From: the human T2T-CHM13v2.0 reference genome, Homo sapiens
DNA: 64,000 nt
Reading direction: 5' to 3' (one strand)
Assembly: GCF_009914755.1 (NCBI RefSeq)
Contig: NC_060927.1
The notes under the pieces are model-generated. The model was given only the letters and a program-made list of their open reading frames with translations. It was not told where the DNA came from and ran no database searches. The position numbers and the translations under genes were made by a program. This document shows positions 12,213 through 24,800 of this stretch, piece after piece (positions within the stretch are counted from its first letter, which is position 1; each line of letters opens with the position of its first letter).

Positions 12213-15200
12213 GGAAATTCTTTTCTAATTGGATACATTAACCACTCTTGCATAGGATGTTTCACTCTGTAACTTGGATGCCATTCTCCATAGTAAGACA
12301 AATAATTTTCCTTATGAGGTATATCAGTTAACTAGTTTTAACAGCATTTTAAAACCAGAAGCCAAGGTCTGAAATAATTTCATCTACCTCCTTACCATCT
12401 AGAACACATCACAGAATTCTGGTGATTTCAATGAAAGCATATACATATTTATAAATCTTTTTATGCATTGGCTTATATAACTGTTTTATATGTATTGCAT
12501 TTTCTCACAAGCTTTTCACCTTGAGGTACAATTATTAAGTGAATTTCTTTCCCTTACAAAGAAAAGTAAACACATTAAACACCTCCACGTAATGTTAAAA
12601 TGCTGGACATTAAATTAAATTAAATATTTGTCCTATAGCACTGTTAGCTGAATAGGTTATGAATCATCTATGTTTGTGGAATACATTGCTTAGAATTATA
12701 ATTTTGCCAAATTCACCCTGTAAAGAACAAAGTATAAAGAACACTGAGGCTTAAATTCTTTAATACTTAACTAAGTCTGTAGACTTTGCAATATTGGTAC
12801 TGCATCCATAATCATGCCTTAGTGAAATGTTATACAGAACATCATTCAGAATGTTTGCTCTGAAAAGACTTTGGATAAATGTGCCGTATTTGAAATTGAT
12901 TAATGGTGTCTGATATGCATCCAGTCTTCTTATTATCCCAAGAATTTGACTTAAGTTACAGGGTATCTTGTATATTTACCCTACTTGAAAGACATAATTT
13001 GCATTTAAACAAGAATGGTGCCCATAGCTGTGTTAATTTTGATTAAGTGTTCTTCCTCCCGGGACCTCAATTACCTACCTCATATGTTATATGAGGTAGT
13101 TACATTATTCCAGTGGTTTATCTAACTGTCCTGGAAACCCTTAGAGTGTCTACAGGAGGAGGTGAAACCTCAGGCTGCTTACAAAGATTCAGCCCAAACA
13201 GCCCCACCTCTAACAGCTTATTAATTACCTTGCACAATAACTCATGTATTCATGAACCTGACTTTTTGAATCCAATAGTGTCTACTATGTGACTATTTTA
13301 AACATATGGAAGAATGTAAAACAGACACAAACTTCTGTCCTCATTGAGATTTCATTCTAGTAGAGAGACAGACAATAATCAAACTACATGAGTTAAATGG
13401 ATATTATGCTATATGGTGATAAACTCTATGGAGAAAAATGAAGCAGGAAAAGGAATTTGGGGGCTGGGACTGACAGTTTAAATACTTGTTTATGGAAGGC
13501 TTCAATGAGGAGGTAAGCTACCGTAATAACTTGGGGAAAAGAGTTCCAAGGAGTGGAAAGAGCAAGTGCAAAGGCACCGATGTGGGAGTATGCAAAGTAC
13601 ATTTAGGAGCAGTGAGGAGACTACTATGATTTGAATAAATTGAACAAGGGGCAAATATAAAACTGGACTTCAGAGTATGCATGTATTAGAAGAAAAAGGG
13701 TTGCTTTTAAGCATTGAAAACAGTTCACTTAAGATACTTCTAAGGCCCTGAAAAGCATTAAAATTCTAAAGTTCTTTCTTATAATATATGATCAGTGATC
13801 CTTGACTCCATGTTATTAATACTTCTTTTTTTGTTAATCAATAATAGAGTTTTTGCTCCTTAGGGAGCAAAAACATACATTTGTCCAACCATCGTTTGTT
13901 AATACTTTCCTGTGAACTTAACTATCTTACTTAAGAGGAAAATAGTATGGAAAATTGGGGCCTAGTAATTAATTAATTAATTAGACTTTCTAGAAATCCA
14001 TTAGATCCAAAGTGACTTTTTTGCTTTAGAAAATCAAATATATATTATTTTCATATTTTTACAGTCATTATATATTCACCTCATATTCCTGAATAGAACT
14101 ATTGCAGATCATAATGGGTAATAAATATATATCAAAGAAATTAGAGATAACTCTGGGAAACTTCTTGAAAATATATAATTCAAGTTGGAATTTCTTTAAA
14201 GGCATCAAACACTTAAATAGCCATACCTTGAGTCATTTTCTACTTACTCAAAACTAAAAGACCTGCTTATTTCAGTTGAAAGTGGGAAAACTTTGAAGAG
14301 AAATCCTCAAGTTAAGGGGTAAACCCAGACTCTTACACTTTTTGTATGTAAATTTATACACTTACTGAAATCACCCACAAATTATGAGTTTTTAATACAC
14401 TGAGAGTTTTTGAAATTCATTTAATATAGTGTAAGTTTCATAGTCAAATAGCGTAGCTAAATTCTTTCTTCATTCCTCATGTCTGAGACAGGAAGGAAAA
14501 TGACTAAGTGGATTTCTAGTTCAACTGAAATAGCTATGTATTTCTTTTTGTACCCAGACTGAACATTCTGTGAAATAAGAACATAATGTTTATCATAGAC
14601 TTTGAAAGTTTTTACTCTCCTGAGCTTCAGTGATATGTCTTTATTAGCTGGCATTATTGAAAAGGTGAGTTGCAGAATTGTATTAATTCATTGACAGATG
14701 ATACTGTTAACAACTGAAATTAAACAATAAAATTCAATGGACTTGGGAAGAGATATACCCAGAGGTCCTCCATGTGTATTTAATACAATAACTTTGGAAA
14801 TCATTTACTTAAAAACAACTTGGAGTCTAGAATAAAACAGAATTTTATATTATACAGATGTAATCTCTGTGCCTCTTTAAGATTGTGTTTCTTCCTAGAC
14901 TTAATATAAATCCCACTTAGGCCCTTATTTCAATCTTTGTCATCAGTATATTAGCCTAAGCCCTAGCTTGATCACCTAGAACCTTTACTAATCAGGTTTC
15001 TGTGCTCAGCATGGGCCACTTTGTTTTATTCTAATTGATGGCATATAATTTTAGTACAGCCTTTCTTCTGTAGATTGTTTCCTCACTTTATACTTCATAG
15101 TTATCACCTTGTTGACTAGGACTTGACTCATTCTTTTTGCCTTTCCTAAACCTTAGTCTGCCTAGACCAATCATTGAAGACCCAATGGAAACCCCTTTCA

Positions 15201-16319
15201 TCTTCTCATATCATGAACCCTTGTAAGATGGTTTGAAGGCTTATATTCCATTAGGTATTTTTCTCACCACTTATCATCCATTCACAAAAATTTATCAAGT
15301 GTCCAATCTATTTTTAAGTATGGCTGAACATGCATTCACCGTAGGTGACGCTTGAAGGAGAGAAGAGTGAATCAGATTTGTTGCATGCTCTGGAACTGCA
15401 TACAATTTTGTTCAAGGAGTAGGAAGGCAAACAAAACACAATGGTATACAGTGGTAGGAACAAATGTTCTCAGCTTCCAAAACTATCTTTGTTGAAATTT
15501 CATCTCCAGTGGAAATTTTGGCGGTGCTAATCAGGGGAGAAAAACTACTTCCATTCTTCAAAGGCACACACAATTGACTCGGCTATGTTGTCACATACTG
15601 ATGGGATTAATATTTTAGTACAGGGAAGGGGTCCTGGCCTGAGCCTTGGGAATCCTGAGTCCTTATCTCAACAGACCGTAAGTAGGAAACTTGCCTCCGG
15701 TACCATGTCACTGCTTTTGAGCATATCATCCTGATTGATGATGAATTCCTTTATACTTAAAATACAAAGCTCTTCTCATGTCCCAGGTAACGTGAAATTT
15801 TTTCCCCCTGGATAAATGTTATTCATTTTTCCCTTTCAGCAAGATGTACCCTTATGATTCTCTGATGCATGACTAAACTATACAATAAATATTATTGGAA
15901 TACTATGTATTCTCAATTGTAACAAAAGTGACTGTGATCTACATGTAGCTGGAAACACTCTTCCTCTCAAGAATTAGGTAAGATGGATCCAATCCCACAT
16001 TGACTAGATTTTGAAAGATTAATTCGATTACATTACTTTGTGGAGCTTACATTTTTATGTTTATTTCTAACTCTGAGCTCTTGCTTATGCTACATTATTT
16101 CAGTTTAGAAGTGGTCTTGTCATCTCATATGCACTGTATCTGGCCTACGCAGATAGGGTGCGCTGCTTTATTAATAAATTTCCTTAATGAAAATGTGTGT
16201 GAAAGGATGAGAGAACTTATGTTTAAATCAATCGCCCCACCAAAAAAACCATACATTTATTGCTACGCATTCTTGATAAGCAAAGTGGATAGTGATGAGC
16301 AAAGTAGATAGGAATTCAG

Positions 16320-16540
16320 TTCAAGAATCAGAATGCCTGGGTAGAACCCTGGCTTTACCATTGCTATGAATCATTGTGTGACCTTGGAAAAGTTGCTTCG
16401 AGTCTCTGGGTTTCAGTTTCTTCATGAGTAAAATGAGGATGAAAATAGCAACTCCTTCAATAAATTTTTATGAGGGGAATACATCTATTAATTCATATAA
16501 ATTGCTTAGAATATTCTAACATGTAAGTGTTGCTAATTAA
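16320..16540 (+). mobile_element. MIR SINE
   Basis: tgtgtgaccttggaaaagttgctt...ctctgggtttcagtttcttcat...gtaaaatgaggat. Confidence 0.65.
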
Positions 16541-17523
16541 TAGATCTAAAGACCTTTGAACATTTCTAAACTCATGCTTTGTATTGTTGCCTTCGTCCCC
16601 ACTCCCAGGCCAAATTTCTATTTTCATGGTTATTATTTTGTTTAATATAGAGCCGTTTCACCATTTTTTTTTAATGACCAATAGCCTTTGGAGTTACTAG
16701 TCCAAGTGGCTTATCAAGGCATTTTCCTAAACTAGGACACATTCCTTTCTAAAAACAATTCTGGAAGCAGTGGACTACACATTCAAATATATATTATACA
16801 TATGCCCATATATATATGCATGTGTTTGTGTATAAGTATAATATGTACATATTTGTATAGTCAGTTGCTCCCAGAATTCCACGTGTGTGTTTGTGTGTTT
16901 GATCTCATTTGATCTTCACAGCAATCCCATGAGGCTAGCACTATTATCACTTTTTACAAGAAAGGAGACTGAAGCTTAAAGAGGTTAAGTGAGTTGACCA
17001 AGATCATACAGTTAGTGTCAGAGCCCAAATCAGTCTTCCTTTTGCAAATCTACCTTTAAGCAATTATGCTGTATTAACTCCCATCGTAAAATAGAGGAGA
17101 TCAGATAGAGCGTTCGCGGACCTAGGTTAAATATATTGTCAGGTCGATTTATTCTAATACACCCCACTTACAACCACAGTGAAAAAGAAAACAATTCCCT
17201 AAAGCAATTCTACAGGAGTCCATGGAAATGCTAGCATTTCAGCCAAGCTTAGCTCAAGGAATATAGAGTTAAAAGGCATTTGCCTCCTAGCGATAGCCTT
17301 CCTGTTGATTCATAAGATGCAAATGAAATGTTAATGTTTAAACCAAGTGGGAGAAACTACTTATTTTGAGAGGAAAAAAATATGGTATAAAAGCTCTACT
17401 CTAGAATATTGTTAATGTAAGGAGAACTGGAAGAACAGGACAAGCAGGCTTTTGAGAAAAATCACAGCTGAAGATAGGGCTTAATAGTTTAGAGCACTAA
17501 AAGATAAACAATTTTAAAAATCA

Positions 17524-17562
17524 GTGTGTGAGTGTGTGTGTGTGTGTGTGTGTGTCTGTGTG
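17524..17562. repeat. Imperfect (TG)n microsatellite upstream of the promoter
   Basis: Direct reading. Confidence 0.9.
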
Positions 17563-18899
17563 TTGCGAGTCTCCAATCTCGCTGGTAACTCGCAGTTTTC
17601 TGATGAAAGTGCAGTATGTAACGATTACTAGTTGGCATCCTCTGCTGGAGACCAGTCTCACAAAAGGGTGACCCTGTGATGCACGAAAGGCTATTTAATG
17701 CCCCAGCGAAGTGCTTCAGGGACCAAGATTTTATTATTCTTTGGTGATGAGAGTTGTGATCCTGCATCCCTGATTTAGAGCCACTTAGGGCTCCGACAGC
17801 TCCACCCCGGTGTTCTAGAGGAAAATCTTCCTTCATGCTCTCTGCCTGATTTGAAAGCAACACAGCTTCCCGATGTTCCTCCTGGGAGGTGGTTCAATCT
17901 TTAGAAATTGCCTAAGAAGCCTGTCCATCTGCTGGAGTGCCTGGCTTTCGGGAACGGACCAAGACGGACTTGGCTTTTAATCTGAAATAATTTGAGGATT
18001 TTCTGTCTATAACTTAAAATCACCGCTTAACTCAAAGTAAAAAAGTGACACGCTCTCTAGAGGGCTTTTGTAGACATTGGGAAAATCCGTATGACGAAGT
18101 ACGGTTTAGAAATTCCGGATTTAATTTCCCCCGGGAAAAGCAAATATCTTCTGTTGGTACCGGGCAGTCGACTCACGTAGTCTTCCTTTAAAACCAAGTC
18201 TATGCCAGCCGGGTGTGAGGGGAGTGGTGGGGGTGAGCAGGGGGAGGAGAGAGATTCGAAAAGTACAGGAGGAATCAGTCCAGTACAGGGGTTGCCCCTG
18301 CCAACAAGTAGCTATTCCTGTTAACTCCCAAGAAGCAAGTTTCCACCTTTGCCACTTCCTCCTGCCCTTTCCTTTCCTTTTCCCTTCACTCCCGCTCTTG
18401 GACCCAAGGTTCGCTCCCCACCGCCACCGCCCTGCCCCACTATTCTCTTTACAGGACAGAAGGCTGCAGCAGCACGGCGGAGAAAAATCTCTGAGGAATG
18501 AGTCAGTGGGATGGGCGTATGGGTGGAGGGAGAGGGCAGTCGATTTTTAAACCTCAGCGAGGGTGGGTGGGCAGTTGGAAGCCAGAGGCCTTATCACTGG
18601 GGCGCTGCAACATCACAGAAAGTGTTAGTCCCAGGGCTCTCCCTGGCGCGCGCGGCTCCTGTGCTTGCTTCTTATTGGCGGACCTGGCCCTGGGGGCGGA
18701 GCCGCGGTGAAGCACCGCTCATCCGGGCTCCAGGACCGGGGCACGCGGTTCTCCCTGATCCCGGAGCTGGGCTCAGGGCTCGGACTCAGTCCTGCAGCGC
18801 CTCTAGGCTGCGGATCCGCGCTTCAACCACCTGCTTTGCGCTGCGTCCGGGGCAGTGGGGAGGAGACGGGAGGGAGGGAGGAGGCGGGGAGAGGAGGAA

Positions 18900-19436
18900 A
18901 GAGGCAGCTTACACACGCCTTCCAGTCCCTCTACTCAGAGCAGCCCGGAGACCGCTGCCGCCGCTGCCGCTGCTACCACCGCTGCCACCTGAGGAGACCC
19001 GCCGCCCCCCCGTCGCCGCCTCCTGCGAGTCCTTCTTAGCACCTGGCGTTTCATGCACATTGCCACTGCCATTATTATTATCATTCCAATACAAGGAAAA
19101 TAAAAGAAGATACCAGCGAAAAGAACCGCTTACACCTTTCCGAATTACTCAAGTGTCTCCTGGAAACAGAGGGTCGTTGTCCCCGGAGGAGCAGCCGAAG
19201 GGCCCGTGGGCTGGTGTTGACCGGGAGGGAGGAGGAGTTGGGGGCATTGCGTGGTGGAAAGTTGCGTGCGGCAGAGAACCGAAGGTGCAGCGCCACAGCC
19301 CAGGGGACGGTGTGTCTGGGAGAAGACGCTGCCCCTGCGTCGGGACCCGCCAGCGCGCGGGCACCGCGGGGCCCGGGACGACGCCCCCTCCTGCGGCGTG
19401 GACTCCGTCAGTGGCCCACCAAGAAGGAGGAGGAAT
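18900..19436 (+). other. ALCAM: ALCAM exon 1 5' UTR (5' boundary approximate)
   Basis: GC-rich leader between the GC-box/G-tract cluster and the ATG, with CCG/CTG triplet tracts at 18951-19020. The TSS is inferred, not visible. Confidence 0.7.
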
Positions 19437-19509
19437 ATGGAATCCAAGGGGGCCAGTTCCTGCCGTCTGCTCTTCTGCCTCTTGATCTCCGCCACCGTCT
19501 TCAGGCCAG
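19437..19509 (+). CDS. ALCAM: ALCAM (CD166) exon 1 coding part, signal peptide; 73 nt, phase-1 intron follows
   Basis: ATG at 19437 in strong context (aatATGg) translates MESKGASSCRLLFCLLISATVFRP-G, the ALCAM N-terminus. Donor CAG|GTGAGC at 19509/19510. Lies inside a CpG island. Confidence 0.97.
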
Positions 19510-20247
19510 GTGAGCAAGGGCCTGGGAGCAGCCCCAGACAGACGTGGGCCTGGAGCAGTTTCCTAGGTCCCCGTCCCAGCCTCGCACCCCCGAGGCAGTG
19601 CGCCCAGGCGCGTGGTGGAGGTAAGGGGACCGCTGTCCTGGCACAGAGCTGTCCCCGGGCTCGGTCACCTGTGCCGCACGTTTGGGCTTGGCTGGTTAGC
19701 TCAAGTTTGGGCATCAAGCTGGGGAAACTGGGTGAATCTCCAGGAACTTGGTGCTCCGGGGTGGGCAGGATTCGCCTGACGCTCTCCCCTTGTCCCTGCG
19801 GCTCCCAGCTAGGCGGCGGACTCTTGCCCTCTGACAGTTCCTCCTGTCTCTGGGTATCCAAGTCCACGTCACTGCGCCCCGAGCAGTTTTTCTTTCGCTT
19901 AGTTCTCGGATGAAATAACTGCCGGCACTTTTTCGTGATAAATCCCCTAGTAACTTCCCCTTGGTGAGCCGAGGAAGGGATGGGAGGGGTAGAGAAGGAG
20001 AGGACTTTAATCACCTCCCCCCGCCCCCCTTGCGAAACCTGCTAAAGCTTAAAATCGTGGTTTCAACGTTACCCCCTGCGGTCCCCGTCCATTGTCTGGG
20101 CGGGTGGTGAGTGAAAGGGTGACCGCAGGCAGATAACACAGCCAGAACAGGAATTAGTAGGTAGGCCTGGGAGACACCTCAGTGAGAGGTTTGTGAATTT
20201 CCAGGACCTGCTCATAGAGCCTCAGTTCTCAGTTCTGTACTGAGTCT

Positions 20248-20251
<4 letters not shown>

Positions 20252-20288
<37 letters not shown>
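20252..20288. repeat. (AG)18 microsatellite in proximal intron 1
   Basis: Pure AG run. Confidence 0.95.
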
Positions 20289-20293
<5 letters not shown>

Positions 20294-21199
20294 CAAAATT
20301 CCCAACAACTAAAATATCTCTCGGGAAATCCCTTTCCACACCCTCGGGGACGTCCCCTGGCCCTGGTATCCTCAGGCCCGCCTGGCGGCTGACACAAGTT
20401 GTTCTAACAGGGTATTCCGTGCGCTCACAGTTGCCTGACAGAGCAGCAGGTTCCTTTGCTCCCCTAAACTGAAAATTTAGGGGATTTTTTTTTCTTTGAA
20501 GTTTTTTTTTTCTATCCCTGCGTAGACAGTTGCCAGTTAAACTCCTACTTCCTGGTATTTTGGCCTGTTTGTTCTTAGCTTTTTCTTTAGCTTTTATCAA
20601 AGAAAAATCTCACTTCCTTTTATCCGTGCACATCCCTTCAGCTGTCGGCAAGCTCAGGTCACAGAAGAGGTTTGAAAGCCTCTGAATCTCTCCCAGGAAC
20701 TGGCGGGGAGAGGGGTTTGGGGGCCAGAGCCTGAGGAAGAGATTACAAGTGTTTGCGAGCTGCTGCTGCTGCTGCCGTTGCTGTGTGTGTGGGCGGGAGG
20801 AGTGCCCTCTCCAGATCTCTTTATTAAAGTTACATTTCTGGGTGAGGTAATGAGCTCACCTGATGTTTCTGAGGCTGAGGGAAAAAAAAGGCGTCTGCGT
20901 TCTCTGACAAATCTCGGGCTCTGGGGCGGGGACTGTGAAACCATAGTTCAACCGGATTTAAAGCAGGTGTCCTAGTGTAACAACGCTGGGGAGGTAGGTG
21001 GAAAGGCGAGACCCCCTTGGGCCTGGCACAGTGTGGATTTCACTTTTTCGAGATTCCACTGTCCGATGGAGGAAAGGACACTTTGGAGCCAGGGAATGAG
21101 CCAAGAAGGGAGGACAAGGGTGATGTCGGTTTGTAACATGCAAACGTCCACACGCCCACAGTTGGTTTTCCGATTAACCCCCTCGAGACTTGGAGAATG

Positions 21200-21850
21200 T
21201 AATCTCACCCTCGTCCACACCCCTGACACAGGCACATAACCAGTTTCCTTTTCGGTGCCGTCACAGGCGGGCCACGTCGCAGGATAGGTTTTTCTACACA
21301 TTTAACTGCTAAAAGGGGGAAAGTTCCGCTTTCAGACCTCCTTCACGGTGGTTCTTTTGGCGCCACAGGCTCGTGTGTCCAGGGGGCACCGAGCTGCGCG
21401 CTTTCGGCGAGCGGCTAGCCCCGGCTCACCGCAACCAGCCACCGTGAATCTGAGGATCCGATATCGGCCCTGGACCCTCAGATCCGTGGTTTCGGTGAAT
21501 TACCGAGCTGGCATTGCCGAAATTCTCATTGCAGTATCAGTGTGTTTTGAAAGGAAAGGTTACAGCACTAAAGGCGCCGTGTCTACACTGAGGAAGCAAG
21601 TCTTGGACAGTAAGTGCGCCTTCTTCGGAGCCCTCTGCATAGCAGAGCCCGGTGGGGGCGCGGTGCCAAAGGCCGGCTTCATTTGAGCGGGGTAACTGCC
21701 TTCCCTGCCGGCCACTCTTCATTTCCGGAGCAGTTTTAATAGTGTATGTCCAGTTGTAGAGGTCAAAAACTCGAGTTTGTGAAACTGCTTCCCCGGGTCT
21801 TTCGGCTTGTAGTCGCTACAAAGTCATTGATATATTTTAGGCGTGCCACG
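21200..21850. promoter_or_regulatory. Second CpG-rich block in proximal intron 1
   Basis: Dense CpGs separated from the main island by less CpG-rich sequence; E2F-type TTTGGCGC at 21356-21363. Confidence 0.65.
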
Positions 21851-24800
21851 TTACCTGTTTTGAAAGGAGGAGAAAAATATATGAACCACGAAAACTGAAT
21901 TCAGAGATGAAGGCAATGAAGTGTGTGTTCAACATCCGAGATAGCAATATTCTCGTTATTCTTGTAGAAAGAGCGTCAGCCTGTGGTGACATTTTGTATT
22001 GCTTAAAAAAAGAATGCTTTTCTGGATTATTTACAAGGAGATGGGGCGCTGCAGTTAACTCTTTCTTCACTTGGGTCATCTGTATGAACCCCTCTATGGG
22101 ATTTTTCATAACTACTCACTGATCTCACTGATATAAGATTCATTCTAAGACATAAGCACACATAAAGCTTTCTTCAGTGGGATATTATGTTTGAAACATA
22201 TCAATTGATCTCAACAGGACTTGGGAAAGCATCAACTCAAATAATGTCCTTTCAAAGACTATTGATGTAGGACTATTGAAATTGATTAATTTAAAAACTA
22301 AAAACTGTTTAACAGCCAATATATATATATTTTTTCCTTAAGGATTTATTTAATCCAATAGCAATTTACAATTTAATGGAGCATTATTTGCAGTAAATTG
22401 CTTTTCTAGGCTTTCTTCAGGACATCTACCTTCAGGCACTTGAGCAAGTCATTTAACCTTTTTGAGCTTCAGTTTTCTCATACAAAATAAAAAGACAGAC
22501 TAGAGGCCTACTCTCTGAAATGTCTCCCAGCTCAAAAACTCTTTGTTTCTGAAGTCTTAAGGTAAAAAACCAATTTAGGCAGGCAGAGTCATTTTTCAAC
22601 ACTATTTTTCTAAGGATCTCAGTCTAGACAAAATTCATATAAATTGTATTATTAGAAAAGTATCAGTAGACCCCAATTTCTAATTTCCTTTTTTTTTCTA
22701 CCTTTAAAAATTCATGATAACATCTATGCTTACTCTTTCCAGCCTTAGTAGGGAAAAAAAAAAGCGTGAAGGAGAGAAATTAGCCTTCCACTCTCCTGGG
22801 AAAAGAGGACCCAAAAGTAAGAAAGGATAGTAGGCCTCAGAAAGCCCTGCTAGTGTAACTCATCTCTCCTGCAAACCTGTTCCTATATAAACTGCATACA
22901 TAGTACCTAGAATGAGATGTAAATTATGGTTTATGCTTAAATATTCATATGACAAAGCCTCATATTGTACATCCTAAAGTTGCTCAAAAAGTTGATTTGC
23001 AACATGGTTGTAAATGCAAGACAGAAGGAAATAGAAAATACTAATATTTTTCTATTGTTTTAAAACTTGTAGAAATCCAAAATATCTTGTCTTACCAGAT
23101 TCCAAACCTTTTCTGACTTTGTAAAAAATTCAAACTAGCTTATCTTTTTTAATAGACATTCAGATGAAAATGCATGTCTACCATTGACTTATCAAAAAGA
23201 AGAAAATTAATTAAATAGTCTTGTGTTATTAGAAAAATTGTATATTGTAGTCAGTATTCATGTGTTCAGTTTCTAACTATGTCATGTAAGAATGTTGTGA
23301 CCTTGGGAAAATTATTTTTCTGCTCTTTTTTATTTCCCATCTGTGAATTTCTTTCTGTGCAATGTGTGGTTCTGATTGTGTTGAGATTAGTAATTCCCTT
23401 GCTCAGCATTTCAAATTTTTTAAGTAAAACGTGCTATATTAATTAAGGCTTTTATTATATTGTTAATAGAATAACATTCTTTAATTTATTCCACTTAATT
23501 ATCACTTTTATCATTTTATTAAAATAATGGAAAGATGTTTCTTTTTTTTTTTCTCTTTTTTCTTTTTCTCCGTCAAATTTTCATGCCACTAACCGTGGGC
23601 CTTTGTAAAACTTAGTACCACCTAAGTTGTCAATATTACTTGGTGTAAGATGGCAGCAGTTTGTCAGATAGTATTTTAAATGCTTTATAATCACCATGTT
23701 TTACAATTCCAAACACACTTCTTTCTGTTCTGGCCATTTATTTAGCATAAAACACCATCAAAGAGTTCTAGCTCCCTGAAGGTATTCACTCAAGTAGACA
23801 CATGCAATTTATAGCCCAGATATGCAGAAGATCCACTTAGGTATAGCTATGATAGAAGAATATGTCTCTGTCTCAATGTATACATAGAAACTTAAATGCA
23901 ATTTCTCACAATGTGTTAATTTTATTCTTCATTGTTAAGTATTCACAGAGGCTAATCTCATTTCTTACACATTATGTGTGTGACACATGTATGTGACATA
24001 TGAAGAATGAACTAACTTACTGGAATACTAAAGAATGGTTTCTTGGGTGTGGTGGGTGATAACATTTATTTGGTTATTACTTTTGGATTTCAACTCAGTT
24101 TATTTTCAATAAGAAATGGAAAAAAATCCATTTATACTTTTGATTACTTTTTTTATTAGGGTAGAATTTTCCTTTCCTTGTGGAGAGTAAATTCAAGACT
24201 AAAATAGATATTCTATATTCAGGAAGAGAATATTGCAGGCTGTTTGGTAAGGTTAAATCTAAATCCTACAATTATTATAGTGTCCCTATAGTACGTAAGT
24301 CATTACCATATTTTTGGAGTTACTGATATTTTCATGCAGCTAATTTCTCTGCTTAAATAATAAATTTTACATTCTCTTTTCTCCCTTATTATTGAATAGA
24401 ATACCTTATATATTTCAGATAGGCCTAGTTCCAAATGTGGTATGGTATTCAGTAATTGTTTTATGCTAACCTATTATCATAGCCCATTACTGTAGTCTAT
24501 GTTCCAAGAATGAAATTAGCTTTTAATGCTTCCTCTCTTATTTATCCAGTCAGTTCTCAATTATCCATTCCATTGAAGGGGAAATCAGAGTTGCGCACAA
24601 TCCAAAACATCTTCTAACCAAAGGATTACTTAATTTGACTTTGAGTTGAGGTACTTCAATGAACATGTCTATACTTGTCTGGTCTAAGAATTCATAGTAC
24701 TTCAACACAATGAAACTAAACTGCTGGGGAATAGGTTAATCAGAAATTAGACAGCTGTCCAGCTTCTCTGATTTGCTTCTCTATTACTGTTATTATTGTT

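Larger units (their letters stand above)
18050..19950 (+). promoter_or_regulatory. ALCAM CpG-island, TATA-less promoter
   Basis: High GC and CpG density against an AT-rich background. Motifs: kB-like GGGAAAATCC 18079-18088 and GGGGTTGCCC 18288-18297, AP-1 TGAGTCA 18499-18505, GATA TTATCA 18591-18596, inverted CCAAT 18674-18678, GC boxes 18692-18702 and 18881-18890. Confidence 0.9.

Noticed and set aside
13075-13099. 11-bp stem hairpin containing let-7 seed-like TGAGGTAG and its complement
   Set aside because: Far too short for a pre-miRNA, does not match let-7 beyond the seed, lies upstream of the gene, and resembles MIR core sequence.
15770-15792. Acceptor-donor motif CCCAG|GTAACG
   Set aside because: Lies upstream of the ALCAM promoter, outside the transcription unit; shows that such motifs arise by chance.
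18511-20014. Long overlapping ORFs (324 aa, 289 aa, 220 aa) across the promoter
   Set aside because: Expected from stop-codon scarcity in a CpG island; Arg/Pro/Gly-rich with no recognisable domain. Only 19437-19509 matches a real protein.
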